NCBI RefSeq assembly: GCF_009914755.1
Contig: NC_060937.1
Reading direction: 5' to 3' (one strand)
Length of the DNA: 64,000 bases
Origin: the human T2T-CHM13v2.0 reference genome, Homo sapiens
Shown here one piece after another: positions 46,650-60,109 of this stretch. Within the stretch, counting starts at the first letter, position 1. Each line of letters begins with the position of its first letter. The notes beneath the pieces are model-generated. The model ran no database searches and was not told the origin of the DNA. It saw nothing but the letters and a program-made list of their open reading frames with translations. Both the position numbers and the translations under genes were made by a program.

Positions 46650-48595
46650 AGGAGCATTTATGAAGCACTGAAGTAGACATGAGTATTTTTGGATGCTCTA
46701 CTGCAGAGAAGGCAGGATTTTAATATTCTGGTAGTGTTTTCACCGTGACAGGTTGCCTCAAATCAAAGATGAAATCTTAGGACTCAGAATCTCAGGCTTT
46801 GGGGGAATCAAGATGTCAGTGTTAAAATGCTCATCTTCTACTGCTTACGCTTCCATTATCACAAACAGGTTGAATTTAAGGACCGTAGGAGCACGCATTT
46901 ACTAAATTTTCTTCTAATGTACCTGCCAGAGAGATGACTGGAGGATTTTAGGATCCATTTTGATACTCACTTTCTTTACCTGCATTCTAAAATTTAATTA
47001 GCCAACATATCTGCTGAATCGATGTGGCGAAATTCAAGACTTGGGCCACTTGATTTTGACTTTTGGAAAGAGTCTCTGGGAGTAAGCAGTGTTAGAAACA
47101 GATGCATTTTACTTGAATTTCTCTCTTACCTCCAGAAACAAGCCTCGGTAAATAGAAATACAATTCAAGAAATGTGCTGAATAATGGTAAATGTGGATCA
47201 AACTATCACCTGCCAAGAAAGACCTTGTAATTAAATTAGTAGAAGCGACAGAATTTGTGGAACTTAAATTTAACAATTTCTGTGTGCTCAGTTTGCCAAA
47301 CTCAGCACTCTGCTTGGGCATCTTACTTATTGGTCTTCGACCTAGGATGGTAGCATAAAAATTACCTCATCATTCAATTTGAAAAATCTGATTGACCTAT
47401 CCATTTAGGTAGGATGACTCCTGCCTTAGAATTAACCATGGATAGCCCTTCTAGATAAGTTTTGACTGGGGTAGCACCTTTAACTCATATATTTCTCATA
47501 CCACATTTAATTTCAAGGTATTTTGATGGGGGCAAAAGGATTCAGATCATATGTGTGACTAAATTTTTAAAAGGCTAAACATTGCCACAGGACTGTGACA
47601 CTAGAGACACTAAGAGCAAAACAGAAATTACAGACTTACACTTCAAATATCTTCTCCTACAGCTCTGTATTTTATAACGGGTCAGGCTCTCTGGTGTGAA
47701 TGGGTCCTGGCTCCACCCTGCCTAGTCAGTGTCATTTGTAATGGCCCAACATCCTTAACAACTTGCATACTTGTGGAACACAATTGCAGTGTCTAGTAGG
47801 GGCAGCAGTGTTGCTGACCTGGTTACCAACAGTTATTGAGATTTGATTCAACAGTGGATATGTGGGCTGGTAAGTGCAATATAGATGGCAGGACACGATC
47901 TAGGCAGCTAGAAGGCAAGTCTGTGAACATTCTACCTTCTCCATTGGCCCAACCTGAAACTTGTACAGTAGCCAATGGTGAATATACTATTGATAGTATT
48001 TCATACTTTGAGAGATCTACAACTGTTTTCAATCTTTGGTTTATCTTTGGTGAAGAGGTTAGAATAGTCACATCTCCATTTCTTTTGTTGAGTGTTTTGA
48101 TTTCAGAGACTGAGTTCAAATGTAAACATGGAAATAGATTGACTACTTAGGCTGAGATAAGCGATCTTACATTTTTTGGCAGAGATCCTCTAGTGTCCTG
48201 GGTAATCCATTAGTGCAATACCAGGAAATGCTTCTCGGGGTAGAACTTAGAAAGGACTTAAATCCACAGGCAATAAGGGAATGTGACCCAACTTCGCTGT
48301 TATCATCTATGTCTAACAATCCAGATAAATACAGTTCCGGTATGGCCATACAGTGGATCTTCCAAGATTGGGGCTGAGCACAGGGCTTATCATTGTGGTG
48401 CTAGCAGTTTCCCTGACTCTGACACCTCAGGGCAACCAAAAAGAGATAACTTCCCATTTTCGCACTACTACCTATCCCTCTCCACTGAGCAGGATAAAGG
48501 AAGAAGTAGATGTAATCAAAGCACTTTTGGAAAGGTTGGAAATTTGTTAGGGTTTGACAGTGTAACTATAGGCATTCAATTCCCCAAATGTTTAT
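46650..48595 (+). mobile_element. Putative highly diverged non-LTR retroelement ORF2 remnant (L2/CR1 clade), unconfirmed
   Basis: Degenerate RT-like motifs in the expected order across frameshifted + frames (see finding). By-eye inference only; no intact catalytic motif. Confidence 0.4.
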
Positions 48596-48725
48596 GGTTT
48601 TTGTATATATGTTATTTTACATATATGTTATGTTACGTTTATATTATATGTCATGTATATGTTATTTTTCTCCAACTTTTACAGATCACTTTTATCCAGG
48701 ACCACTAAGAAATAAATTTATTAGA

Positions 48726-49040
48726 GGCCAGGTGCAGTGGCTCACACCTGTAATCAGCACTTTGGGAGGCTGAGGCAGGTGGAAAACTTGAGGCCAGGTG
48801 TTAGAGACCAGCCTGGCCAACATGGTGAACCCCTGTCTCTACTAAAAATTCAAAAATTAGCCTGGTGTGGTGACACACACCTTAATCCCAACTACTCAGG
48901 AGGCTGTGTAAGGAGAATTGCCTGAACCTGGGAGGCAGAGGTAGGAGTGAGCCAAGGTCACACCATGCCACTCCAGTCTGAGCAACAGAGCAAGACTCTA
49001 CTCGGTCAAAGAGAGAGAAAGAAAGAGGGAGGGAAGGAAA
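48726..49040 (+). mobile_element. Alu (AluJ/old AluS)
   Basis: Full dimer with a GA-rich tail; similar flanks AAGAAAT..TATTAGA. Confidence 0.92.
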
Positions 49041-49341
49041 GAAATGTATTAGAGAACAAGAGGGAAGCACCCTGTACAGAGTATTATAGGGAAAAGAACA
49101 AGAGGGCATAAAGGCCTGAGTCTACACAGACCAACACCTTGACCCAGGACAAAACCATTTACATACTGATATCTTAGTGTCTCCATCTGCTAAATGTTTC
49201 AGCTGGCCAACAGTAGCAGCCATTAATACCTTTAAAAATAGGTAATTCTATATTCGTGGCTTTGTTTTTCAACCAGCTTATTTTCTTTCTTGGAGACATT
49301 AATCATGGTTTTTAAGAATTTATTTCATAGTATTGTATAAT

Positions 49342-50327
49342 GAGCCTCTGCACAACAAAGAAACTATCAACAGAGTAAACAATTTATGGAATGGGAGAAA
49401 ATTTTTACAAACTATGCATTCAACAATGGACAGTATCCAAAATCCATAAGGAATTCAGACAAATAAGAAAACAACCCAAATAACCTCATAGGCAATGGAC
49501 ATGAACAGACACTTCTCAAAAGAAGACATACAAGCAAGCAGCCAACAAACGTGAAAAAATGCTCAACATGGTTAATGATCAGAGAGATGCAAATCAAAAC
49601 CACAATGAGATACCATCTCACACCAGTCAGAATGGCTATTATTAAAAAGTCAAAATATGCAGATGTTGGTGAAGTTGAAAATAAAAGGGAACACTTTATA
49701 CACTGTTGGTGGGAATGCAAATTAGTTCAGCTGCTGTGGAAAGCAGTCTGGAGATTTCTCAAAGAACTAAAAATAGAATTACCATTCAACCTAGTCATCC
49801 CATTACTGGGTATACAACCAAAGGAAAATAAATCATTTCTACCAAAAAGACACATGTACTCATGTAGTCATTGCAGCATTATTCACAATAGCAAAGACAT
49901 GGAATCCACCTAGGTGCCCATCAGTGATGGACTGGATAAAGAAAATGTGCTACATATACACCACGGAATACTATGCAGCCATAAAAAAGAATAAAATCAT
50001 GGTCTTTGCAGCAACATGGATGCAGCTGAAGTTCACCATCCTAAGCGAATTAATGCAGAAACAGAAAGCCAAATAGCACATGTTCTTACTTACAAGTGGG
50101 AGTCAATCACTGGGCACACAGGGACACAGATGGGAAAATAGACACCAGAGCTTCCAAAAGAGGGAGAGAAAGAGGGGGCCAAAGGTTGAAAATCTACCCA
50201 TCAAGTACTATGTTTGCAACTTGGGTGAACAGATCACTAGAAACCCAAACCTCAGCATCATGTAATATACCCATATAACAAACCTGCACATGTACTCCCT
50301 GAATCTAAATATATGAAAGGAAAAAAC
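49342..50327 (+). mobile_element. L1PA16/17-like 3' end
   Basis: [32 protein letters not shown]; 3' UTR ..CCAAACCTCAGCATCATGTAATATACCCATATAACAAACCTGCACATGTACTCCCTGAATCTAAA. Confidence 0.9.
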
Positions 50328-50349
50328 AGTACAGCAGCAGTAAATACTA

Positions 50350-50745
50350 AGATGTGCCACCTAGATTCTCCTTCAGGAATAAAGTACATATCGCCGCAGT
50401 TTCTGAGTGTGCCACTGGCATCCAGACCTCAGCTATCAGCCCTCTTCTGAATTGCCTCTGCTGAGGAGTGCTATCTTGCCCAAGGTCATAACTACTGGAC
50501 ATAAGAATGTAAAGGCTCTGTCTTCTCCTTTAATTCTTAAAAACTGTTAAGGACCACCCTTGATTCAATATGGTTGGCTAACGGCCTTCGTTGTGACTGC
50601 ATCACAGCCCAACATCTTCCTCTGCCAAATCCTGCCTCTTTCTCTTCATTTCCACAGGTGTTGATCCCAAGAGTGCTTCCTAAGAATCCTCCTCCATGTT
50701 AACTTTCATCCTAGAGTCTGCTTCACTGATTGCCCAACTTGCAAC
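50350..50745 (+). mobile_element. ERVL LTR16-like solo LTR
   Basis: TGTGCCACCTAGATTCTCCTTCAGG..CTTGCCCAAGGTCA..CACAGGTGTTGATCCCAAGAG..AGAGTCTGCTTC. Confidence 0.6.
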
Positions 50746-51177
50746 AGAAAGTAGTAATATCTCTGCTTTTTTATTGTTTCATGCACTACTCATCTAAGGT
50801 TCTAGGACAGTGTTCTCTCTCGTTTCCAATAATAAAATTCTTCTGATTGTCCTGGGGAGTATTTTTGATGTGCATTTTATAGTCTCTCATGCAGCAAAAA
50901 CCCAAGTGAAATAGCTATCTACACTTTGTAGATTCATTAAATGCATTGGATACACAACGAAATTGAGCTTCTTATTTATGGTTTCCTTCAATAAATGTGG
51001 TTTTAAAAATTCCTTGTTTGTGAATAATTTAAGTTCACTGAAAGGAGTTTGACGGGTTATTTAAATTGAACGTTGTGGAGAAATAGTATTATTTTAATTG
51101 CTAGATGTTTTAGCCATTCTGTGAAATCTCTTTATTCATGGAAATAGCATAATTTTTTATTTTGAAAAAGTGTATTT

Positions 51178-51390
51178 CAGCCTGCGAAACATGGTGAAAC
51201 CTTGTCTCTACAAAATATAGAAAAATTAGCCAGGCATGGTGGAGCCCCTGTCATCCCAGCTACTTGGGGGGCTAAGGCAGGAAGATCACTTGCACCCAGG
51301 AGGTTGAGGCTACAGTGAGCCGTGTTCCCACCACTTCACTCCAGTCTGGGTAACCAAGTGAGAGACCCTGTCTCAAAAAAAAAAAAAAAA
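51178..51390 (+). mobile_element. 5'-truncated Alu (AluJ-like)
   Basis: CAGCCTGCGAAACATGGTGAAACC..GAGACCCTGTCTC plus A-tail. Confidence 0.88.
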
Positions 51391-52049
51391 TTAAGAGCAT
51401 TATTAAAAAGAAAGCTATTTCACTATTTTTACTTCAAAAAGAGGATCTGAAAAGAGAATGATAGACATTGTCAAATAACGTTGGCTTACAATATTCAACA
51501 TTAAGTGAAAAGTGTGTAAAAAAACTGCAAAAAGATGGATGCTACACAGAAGAGTTATTTTCTCATCGAAAGTCTCTAAAGAACACTTTAGGGATAACTT
51601 AATGATATCTCAATATGAGAAAAGGAAAAAAAATGGGCCATTGAGACATTCATTGTGAAAAACATCAAATATTTTTATAAATAATATTTACCTATCATTT
51701 TAATTTTATGTAACAAAAAATACAAATTTAGTATTATCTAAACTAGGGATGGGGTAGTTTTATTTTAACGCAAACATTAATACTGAGGCAGCTCACCCCA
51801 CCAACCTGATTTCTGGAAGTCTGATATAATCATTTGGTATCAAATCTACTTATCTCAGTGGTCTCGGGAACAGGGCAATTGTACTCAGGAATTGATGAAT
51901 TACAGGGAAACGTAAGGATCAAAGAAGCACAAACAAGACCAACTTCATGGCCCACCTGCATTATTTTGTTGCAGTGAAATTTTGCATAGAAAATATGTTG
52001 CCCTGTATCACATTCCTAGGTTTCAGGAGCTTATGAATATGTATTATAA

Positions 52050-52288
52050 ACCAAATGAAGAAATAAATCATCTAAACATAAACAGAAAAAGATAATGGAA
52101 ACTAATATGCATTGCTTATCTGGCACAGTTCTAGATACTTTTCGCTTAATTAATATCCATAGACCCCATAAGAGGCTTAAATTATTAAGCGTACTTTGCA
52201 AAGAAATTAGTAACTTAGCCAACATCATACAGTTAATAAAAGAAGGAGTCAAGATTCAAAGCAAGATCAGTGAGGCTCCAAAGTCCAT
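52050..52288 (-). mobile_element. MIR
   Basis: GTAACTTAGCCAACATCATACAGTTAATAA..GATTCAAAGC..GGCTCCAAAGTCC. Confidence 0.65.
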
Positions 52289-52293
52289 TTACA

Positions 52294-52466
52294 TTTGTTT
52301 GTTTGTTTGTTTGTTAATTTTTTATTTCCATAGGTTTTTGGAGAACAAGTGGTATTTGGTTACATGAGTAACTTATTTAGTGGAGATTTGTGAGATTTTG
52401 GTGCACCCATTATCACTCGAGCAGTATATACTGAACCCAATTTGTAGTCTTTTATCCTTCACCCCC
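52294..52466 (-). mobile_element. L1PB 3' end stub
   Basis: TTATTTCCATAGGTTTTTGGAGAACAAGTGGTATTTGGTTACATGAG; (TTTG)n tail. Confidence 0.85.
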
Positions 52467-52706
52467 ATTTGGATTCTTACCATCACACAAGTAGGAATGA
52501 TTATGTGCACCTGTGTACTATCCTGGGGTCTCCATGCCCCTCATAATCTTTCTCCTCTTTCTTGTTCAGCCCTTCCCTGCTACTTTTTGTGTATCTCATT
52601 TGTTTGCTTATTTAATGAAGGCAAGGTATCTTAACTCCTTATGAATAACAAGAATGTTTGAGGTAAGAAAGATGTGTAAGTTAATTGCTTCTTATTGTGA
52701 GAACAA

Positions 52707-53008
52707 TACAGGTTGAGTATCCCTTATCCAAAATAGTTGGGACCAGAATTGTTTTGGGTTTCATTTATTTTCGGATTTTGGAATATTTGCATAAACACAA
52801 TGAGGTCTCTTGGGGATGGGACCTAAGTTCATTTAAGTTTTATATACACTTCGTACACATAGTCTGAAGGTAAGTTTATACAATATTTTAAATAATTGTA
52901 TGTGTTAAAACAAAGTTTTTGCTATGTTTTGACTGTGACCTGTCACATGAGGTCAGGTGTGGTGCATTTCAAATTTGGGATTTTCAGATTAGGAATGCTT
53001 AACCTGTA
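52707..53008. mobile_element. Tigger4/MER46-like TcMar MITE
   Basis: TA-flanked TIRs CAGGTTGAGTATCCCT ... AGGAATGCTTAACCTG. Confidence 0.8.
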
Positions 53009-53279
53009 GTGCTATTACAAAAATTTAACTTCAACTCATCTAAGCTCCTCTGTCTTTTTCAAATAGCCAATAATTGAGTTGTAGAGGACTATGTAAATTA
53101 CAATAAGCAAAAGTTGAACTCATTACATACGCTTGGTGTGCTTGTATAAATAAACCTATCACAAATAAAGTCATTTACCATATTTCTGGGATGACTATTA
53201 TGAAAAATGTGTGCAGTTTTCAAGAGACTTAAAATTATTTTTAACAATCCAAAAGAAAAAAAAATGTGATGCATATAGG

Positions 53280-53507
53280 TCAATGGTTATTAGCCATGGT
53301 GAAGTTGTCCCCTATGGGACAGTTGGCAATGTCTGGAGACATTTTTGGTTCTTACAGTTCTATAGGGTGCTATCAGTACCCAATCCACAGCATCTAGGGC
53401 TGCTGTTATATATCTTACCATGCACAGGACAGCACTCCTCTGCCCCACAACAAAAACTTATTTAGCCCAAAATGTCAATAGTGGTGTTATTGAGAAATGC
53501 TGTTCTA
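53280..53507 (+). mobile_element. MER20 hAT MITE
   Basis: GGGACAGTTGGCAATGTCTGGAGACATTTTTGGTT..GCCCAAAATGTCAATAGTG..TTGAGAAATGCTG. Confidence 0.82.
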
Positions 53508-53786
53508 GGTGACATGCAAGTTTTAAGAAATGGGATCGATCTTTCTCTTGTCATAAAATCAAAAATTATGGAATATTTATTTTCCTGCCTCAATCTGTTA
53601 TACCTTTAATAGTTATTTTATCATGAATTTTGCCTAATATTTATTTTAAAAATATTTTATAAAAATATTGCTGATTTTGTCTATTGAGTTTTGTTGTGCC
53701 AGGGCATATAAGTCTCAGGTATTCCACCGTGGTCTTGGTTCTGTTAAAGGTATTTTTAAAAGGAACATAATACAGCACAATGGTGA

Positions 53787-54252
<466 letters not shown>

Positions 54253-54805
54253 TAAATTTATCAGCAAAATATCTGGTAAAGTCAACTCACCATAAACACA
54301 TAACACTAAACTGGGTATACTTTGTGGTGTCATGAATAGCGGGGAGGGAGAATGAGTGTTCTTTTGTTGTTCAACATTTGTAAGGAATAGCACTATCCCG
54401 TCCATTCCCTTTTTCTCTATTTATGAGGGCCACATCCAAGCCCTTCATTTTTGGTTATCTTACCTCCATGTGGTTGTAGAACAGAAACTTCTAGTTACCT
54501 AGAACAAAAATCAATTTTCCGCTTCTGCTACAATAACAAAATGTTGCATTTCATCTGGTCTCACTGTCACCTGGAATTAAAAAAAAAACAATGGACAGTA
54601 TTTCCTAGATTCCCTTGTAGCTAGCTGTAGCCTTGTAATAAGTAGTACTTACCACAGCAGAAACATATATGTGAAATTCTAGAAAGGCTGTTTATGGATT
54701 TAAATTATTAAGGAGGGAGATGTTTTTTGCTTTATCTTTTGTTCTTCATCTGGCCTGCAATGCCAAAGTGATTGGAGATCCAGCCATCACTTCGAAACAT
54801 GAGAA

Positions 54806-55534
54806 TGTTAGAGTAGGTAGCTAAGCAAACATGAGCAGAACAGGAGAGGGTCCCCCCCTCCCCGTCCCCTCTGCCTCCCAGGAATATCAGGTGACCATCA
54901 GGTGATGGTCAGGCAGTTGTTAAAGAGTCTCTCTAAAATAATAATTGGTTGTAGCTGGCACCAAGGAAAGGCAGGCTCCTAATAGATAGAAAACACCTGA
55001 AGCTGGTGGTCAGCAACTTCCTGATAAGATCTTGTTCAGGAGCTGGGTGAACGGGCTCAAGCATGCACAGTACGAGACAAAAAAGAAGACTTCAACTGGT
55101 ATATGACCTTCCTCTAGGAACACTCTACTGGTAAGGAAAAAATGTCTCAAATGAGCACGTGCCCAACTTCAGTAAACACACTGTACATGCGACCCCTCCC
55201 AAGTGCTGTCAGGCCACTGCACATGTAGACAGCCCACCCCAAAGAAAAATCAAGGGAAAAGAAATGCAAACTTCTGAACCATGCCAGTGTGTAAAAACCC
55301 CAAGTCAAGGGCCAAACGGTGCTCTTCGATCTCTCAAGTTGCCCGCTTGGTCCTCTTCCAAGTGTACTTCACTTCCTTTCGTTCCTGCTCTAAAACTTTT
55401 GAATAAACTTTCACTCCTGCTTTAAAACTTGCCTCAGCCTCTCGCTCTGCTTTATGCCTCTCTGCTGAATTCTTTCCTCCAAGGAGGCAAGAATTGAATT
55501 GCTGCAGACCTGTATGGATTTGCTACTGCCTACA
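54806..55534 (+). mobile_element. ERV1 solo LTR, MER50-like, nested in an older MLT1 LTR (~54475-55755)
   Basis: TGTTAGAGTAGGTAG..CA ends, 729 bp, 4-bp TSD AGAA, AATAAA at ~55402. Confidence 0.8.
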
Positions 55535-56614
55535 AGAACACCATGGAAATAGCAGACACTTTATGTTAGCATAGTGAAGTGGAAAGATGGATGTCAGGGT
55601 TCCTGATCTGATGATAAGATGGAGTTGCCACTTCAGCCTTAACCTGCCCACTTCTGGACCTTTTTTAAATGAGAGAGAAAAAGAACAATCTTGTATTTCT
55701 CATCATCAGTCACAATATTTGTGTTTAGTACAGCCAAGCCTTATTTTAACTGATAAAAATCACCTTTTCATGTGTCATTTTGGAACCCTTGAGAGCTAAC
55801 TAGCTTTCCTTAACCACACTCACTCTAACAAGGATTTGTATGTCTAGCAGACTTGCTTAATTTATAAATAGCTTTTTAGGACCTTTATTTTCATTTTCCC
55901 TTATCTTCCACTTAAAGTTATTAACTTGGCTTTCGGCTTTAATTTCTGTAGCTCGAATTTTGCTAGTCATATGTGCAGATAAGCGGCCCACACTTTTGAC
56001 TCACACCAAATAGAGAATGTTTGCTTAACAATGAAACACATTTTATTTTTACATGTAACTTCTTCTCTAGCCATAAACTGGAAAGTTGGATGTCCTTGCT
56101 TTTGCAAACTGCTTGGTAACCACTATTCTGACCTTATTTGATTGAGACTATTTTTGGATACAGAAAAATGCATATTTGTGGTTCAAAGCTTAAATTACAA
56201 AAACTTGTTCTCGGCTACAGTTGCCAGAGTAAGTCATGAACAATTTCTAATAGGAGAGAACAAAGTGGTTCTTAATACTATTAATAATAATGTAGAAATT
56301 AAATGGGAAATGGGTAAAATCAGTCTCATTTAAGTGCCAGGAAAGTCTTCTGCTTCATGCTCATCAAGTGTGAACCTGCACTGTGTAATACCCAATGGGT
56401 AGTGAGGAGGAGGAAAAGGAGTAAATGGATAGATAGATAGTAGAAACACATGGCTTTGGTATTTTTTTTTTCTATTTTCCTTTTCAGGTTTCTTCCTGAT
56501 GCTAGAAAAAGTCTAGAGTATTATTTGAGGAAGTTGTCAAATTCTTTCTAACTTTTTTAAAGACACACACTATGTATGTCTTCTGAAACATACATATATT
56601 ATTATAGTAAATAC

Positions 56615-56895
56615 TGTCAGTCAGTGCCCCACCTCTATTCCCATGTGCCATATCAATTCAGAGGACTTCATCTGGCCATCACATTCTGTTCTGTCCTCAA
56701 GTGGAGCAGGCCAGAAATACCAAGAAGCTAACATCCTTCTGGCAGTAGGCCTCAGCCAGTGAGTTACTGGTGAAAGTTGGTGCGAAAATACCCCAGTTCT
56801 CTCTCCTGTTGCATGGTATAACTCTGAAATGCATCTTTTACACCTGCTCCCAGGGATCCTCAATGTGATTAAGCTGGCTTAGTAATGCATAATTT
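56615..56895 (+). mobile_element. Old ERVL LTR fragment (LTR16/LTR33-like)
   Basis: GCCTCAGCCAGTGA..AAATACCCCAGTTCTCTC..GGTATAACTCTGA. Confidence 0.5.
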
Positions 56896-59800
56896 TAATA
56901 AAAGATGATCCTTTGTTGCTGTATATATGTCAAGCATTATCTAATTTTAGACAATGTACCTATAATCATCTTCATGATTGGAAAGGAGCTCAAAGGAGTC
57001 CAACTGATTATTTTAATCATGTAGCTCTACAGGATCTATCGCATACATTACCTCCTCTGCAGGTGCTTATCAGAGAGAAAATAATAAAATTCTTGAGGGA
57101 GAGGAACAATATTTTTTTAAATTCCTGAAGATCATGCATTTACTAAATATGGAACAAATGTTTCCATGTCTTCTGTGTGTCAGATGCATTGCTATGAACT
57201 GGGGATATAATGATGTGTTTGTTCTCATGAAGCTTACCACCTAAAATGAGATTAAGGGATAAGTAATAAAACATGTTTTAAGACAAAAAAATGCCATGTA
57301 AACTGTATTTATTGCCTGTGCACTCCTCTTTGCAATAAAACTTGCCTCTGTATTAAGCTGAACTCTCAGAGAGACCAGAACAGAGGTGGGTTTTATTGCA
57401 AAGAGCAATGCACAGGCAGTAAGTATAGTTATAATACAGAACTGTGTTTTGTTGTAATGTCATCAGCATACATAAAAGTAGATTATACAGAAACAATACA
57501 ATTACACATAGTACTGTGTTTTTTGGAGGATATGAGGAGTACTAGTTAAATCCGTCTTATAGGATCTCTCATAAGGACACAGAGTAATTTTTCTACTCTC
57601 TAATTAAAAGGGATACTTATGCTTGTCCCAATCAACTGGTTTGCTTTTAACTAACTTATGGCTACTATGATCCTTCTATGTTTTCCTATTTTATATTGTA
57701 GGCTTTCACTCCCTCCAATATTTGTGGCTCTCACTCTGAAATTCATTGTATTTGTTCTTATTTTTCTCTTATTATGTTTCTCTTAGTTTTTAATATGAAT
57801 TTGTCTTTATGTAGTGTCCAAATCTTTTTAGGCTACTTCAAATCATTCCAGATTAAGATTTTATATAAGTAACTAATCAAAAATGTGAAATGATTAAAAC
57901 ATCTCAAAGCAAAATATTCCCAATTTTAATAATTTACACAGATATTATTTCATTAGTTAGATAATGTTTCACCTGATCTTTATATCAGAAGTTATTAGAA
58001 AACCCATATCTTAGGTCATTGTTGTTAAATTTGAATAATTTTGAATGTGTTTCAAGTTTTAAAAGTTTTATATGCTGTGGATATAAGGGAATCACACAAA
58101 AATCAGTTTTTTTCTGTACTTCATATATTAACCTCCTACTCATACAATTTTCAGAGGATTTTAGCACTCATGGAAAGGTTTTTGATCATGCTCAAAGTTT
58201 AATATTGCTGCAGCAATAACATCTGTATTTACTTTGAGGAAAAGAACAATCATCCAGCAATTGAAAGACTATACTATGCGGAGGATAACCAAGAACCTTC
58301 TTAGAGTTGCAGAGTGTTATGTGTTACTAAAAGAGAGGGATGTTTATCGCAACTAAGTGAAGTCTTCAGATTCAGCAGCCTTGTGAATTTGTGGTGTATA
58401 AAATTACAAAGCTCCTTTTGTGGAAAGATGGTCACTCTCAAATTTATGTCCTTTGTTTACAGATTATGTATGACTTTAACAACTCTTTGAGTTATTTAGC
58501 CTTTGAAATATTGAGATAGTCTAATTCTATGTGGTTCAAATTAGTTAGATGCGTTAGCTGGGTTGGTTTTTTTGTTTGTTTTTTTGGTGGGGGACTCGTT
58601 TTTTATTTAACTAAATTCCCCAAAGTGCACAAATGACAAAACTGATTGACCCATTTATTTCTCTAGAAGAGAATAACAGAGAATTATTCTTTTAAAATAT
58701 AAAAGGCTGCAGAAAATATCAAATATTTCAGGCACTTTATTTTCCCTAAGTATTTTAGTTTAATTTGATGCTTCACGGTTACATGACTTTCATATAAATG
58801 TACCTCAGAATTGTTTAAACCAATTTTCTGCATTATTTCTGCTCTTGTCCTATCAAGGAACTTCTCACTTTAAACAAGACCCCTACTGAGAATTGAGAAG
58901 TCATTTAAAATGCCACCATGGTTCTGCATTATATGACTCTGCACCCCCTTCTCTCAGGATGTAAAAAGAAATAATATTGTACCTGAACATAACAACTATA
59001 ATAGAAATGTTCTGCTTTTTTAAACAACCCCTCTTATGACATAGGAATTCAAGTTGGTTGATACAAAAATATAAATAATAATGGATGTTAAATTAATAAA
59101 TAAAGCCAGCTTGGATGAAGGCGATGGGGTGGTAGAGGACATAACTTGTTGACTGTGAAAGTGTTTGATCCAAGTTGGAAAAATGAAGATTCCTTAAGAA
59201 CTAAGTTTCTTTGTGAGCCCTGTGGTCACAGGCAAGCCTGCCCTTTTATTCTGTGTTCTGAAATGATGTGGAATTTTTTCTCCAAGGCTGTCATTCCAGT
59301 ACTTTCCACAGGCAAGTAACTGAATATCCAAAAGCCTGGTACTGAAGAGCCAAGCTCAACATCCTCTCTTGGCTCCATTCTATGGCTTTTTCTGCTGAAT
59401 AAGGCCTGCTGAGAATGACTAGATTGTAGTTTATTATGTTGTCCTGATTATGAATCAGTGCAATTTACAAATGTTTTGCATTTGAAACCCAGAGTTGTTT
59501 TAGGCTCATTTGCTGACATATGTGAATTTGCTAGAAAGGGCCAGGATCAAATGACATCCACCATCTGTGAAGGGTATTATGTCTAGAGCTAAGAACTGGA
59601 AACATAAAAGGGGTTTGCAAAGTGAATTGAACCTACTTAAGTCCCAAACAAAAGCAAATACATATTCTTGCAAAATATGTTCAAAATCATTCAATTTTGA
59701 ATTACATATACTCTTGGGATATAGAAGATTATTATAATGCATACACTAATGTAAACTTTAAAATCATAAAGAATATTGAGAACAAATTTAGGCTTTCAGG

Positions 59801-60109
59801 ATATGTTTCTGTTAGAGAAATTATTAGAAATTATGAAATAAAAAATCCCAACATATCTTTTGTTCTCAAAGTAACCCCCCCCATATATAGAGAGAGCATG
59901 TTAAGTCCAAGTCTCATATTTCTATCAAAACCTATCTTCAAACATATTTCCTGTCATACTCCTTCTTGTAAATATAAGTTATAGTTCATTACTTTCCCAA
60001 GATTAAATATTTTAGAATTAAAGAACTTGTCTCCTTTATTTTAAGAGGAGTTGGAAAGGGTGATGGAGGATGGGAGCAGAGGACAGGATGATTTGAAATC
60101 GCTTCTCAT

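Noticed and set aside
46900-48400. Short resemblances to RNA-virus proteins (DPTSL, AGHDL, GGKREIQV, VLWQC) suggesting an endogenous borna- or bunyavirus element
   Set aside because: Matches are 4-6 residues, lie in different frames and strands, have inconsistent spacing and are expected by chance; no GDN/SDD motif, clear poly(A) or TSD seen.
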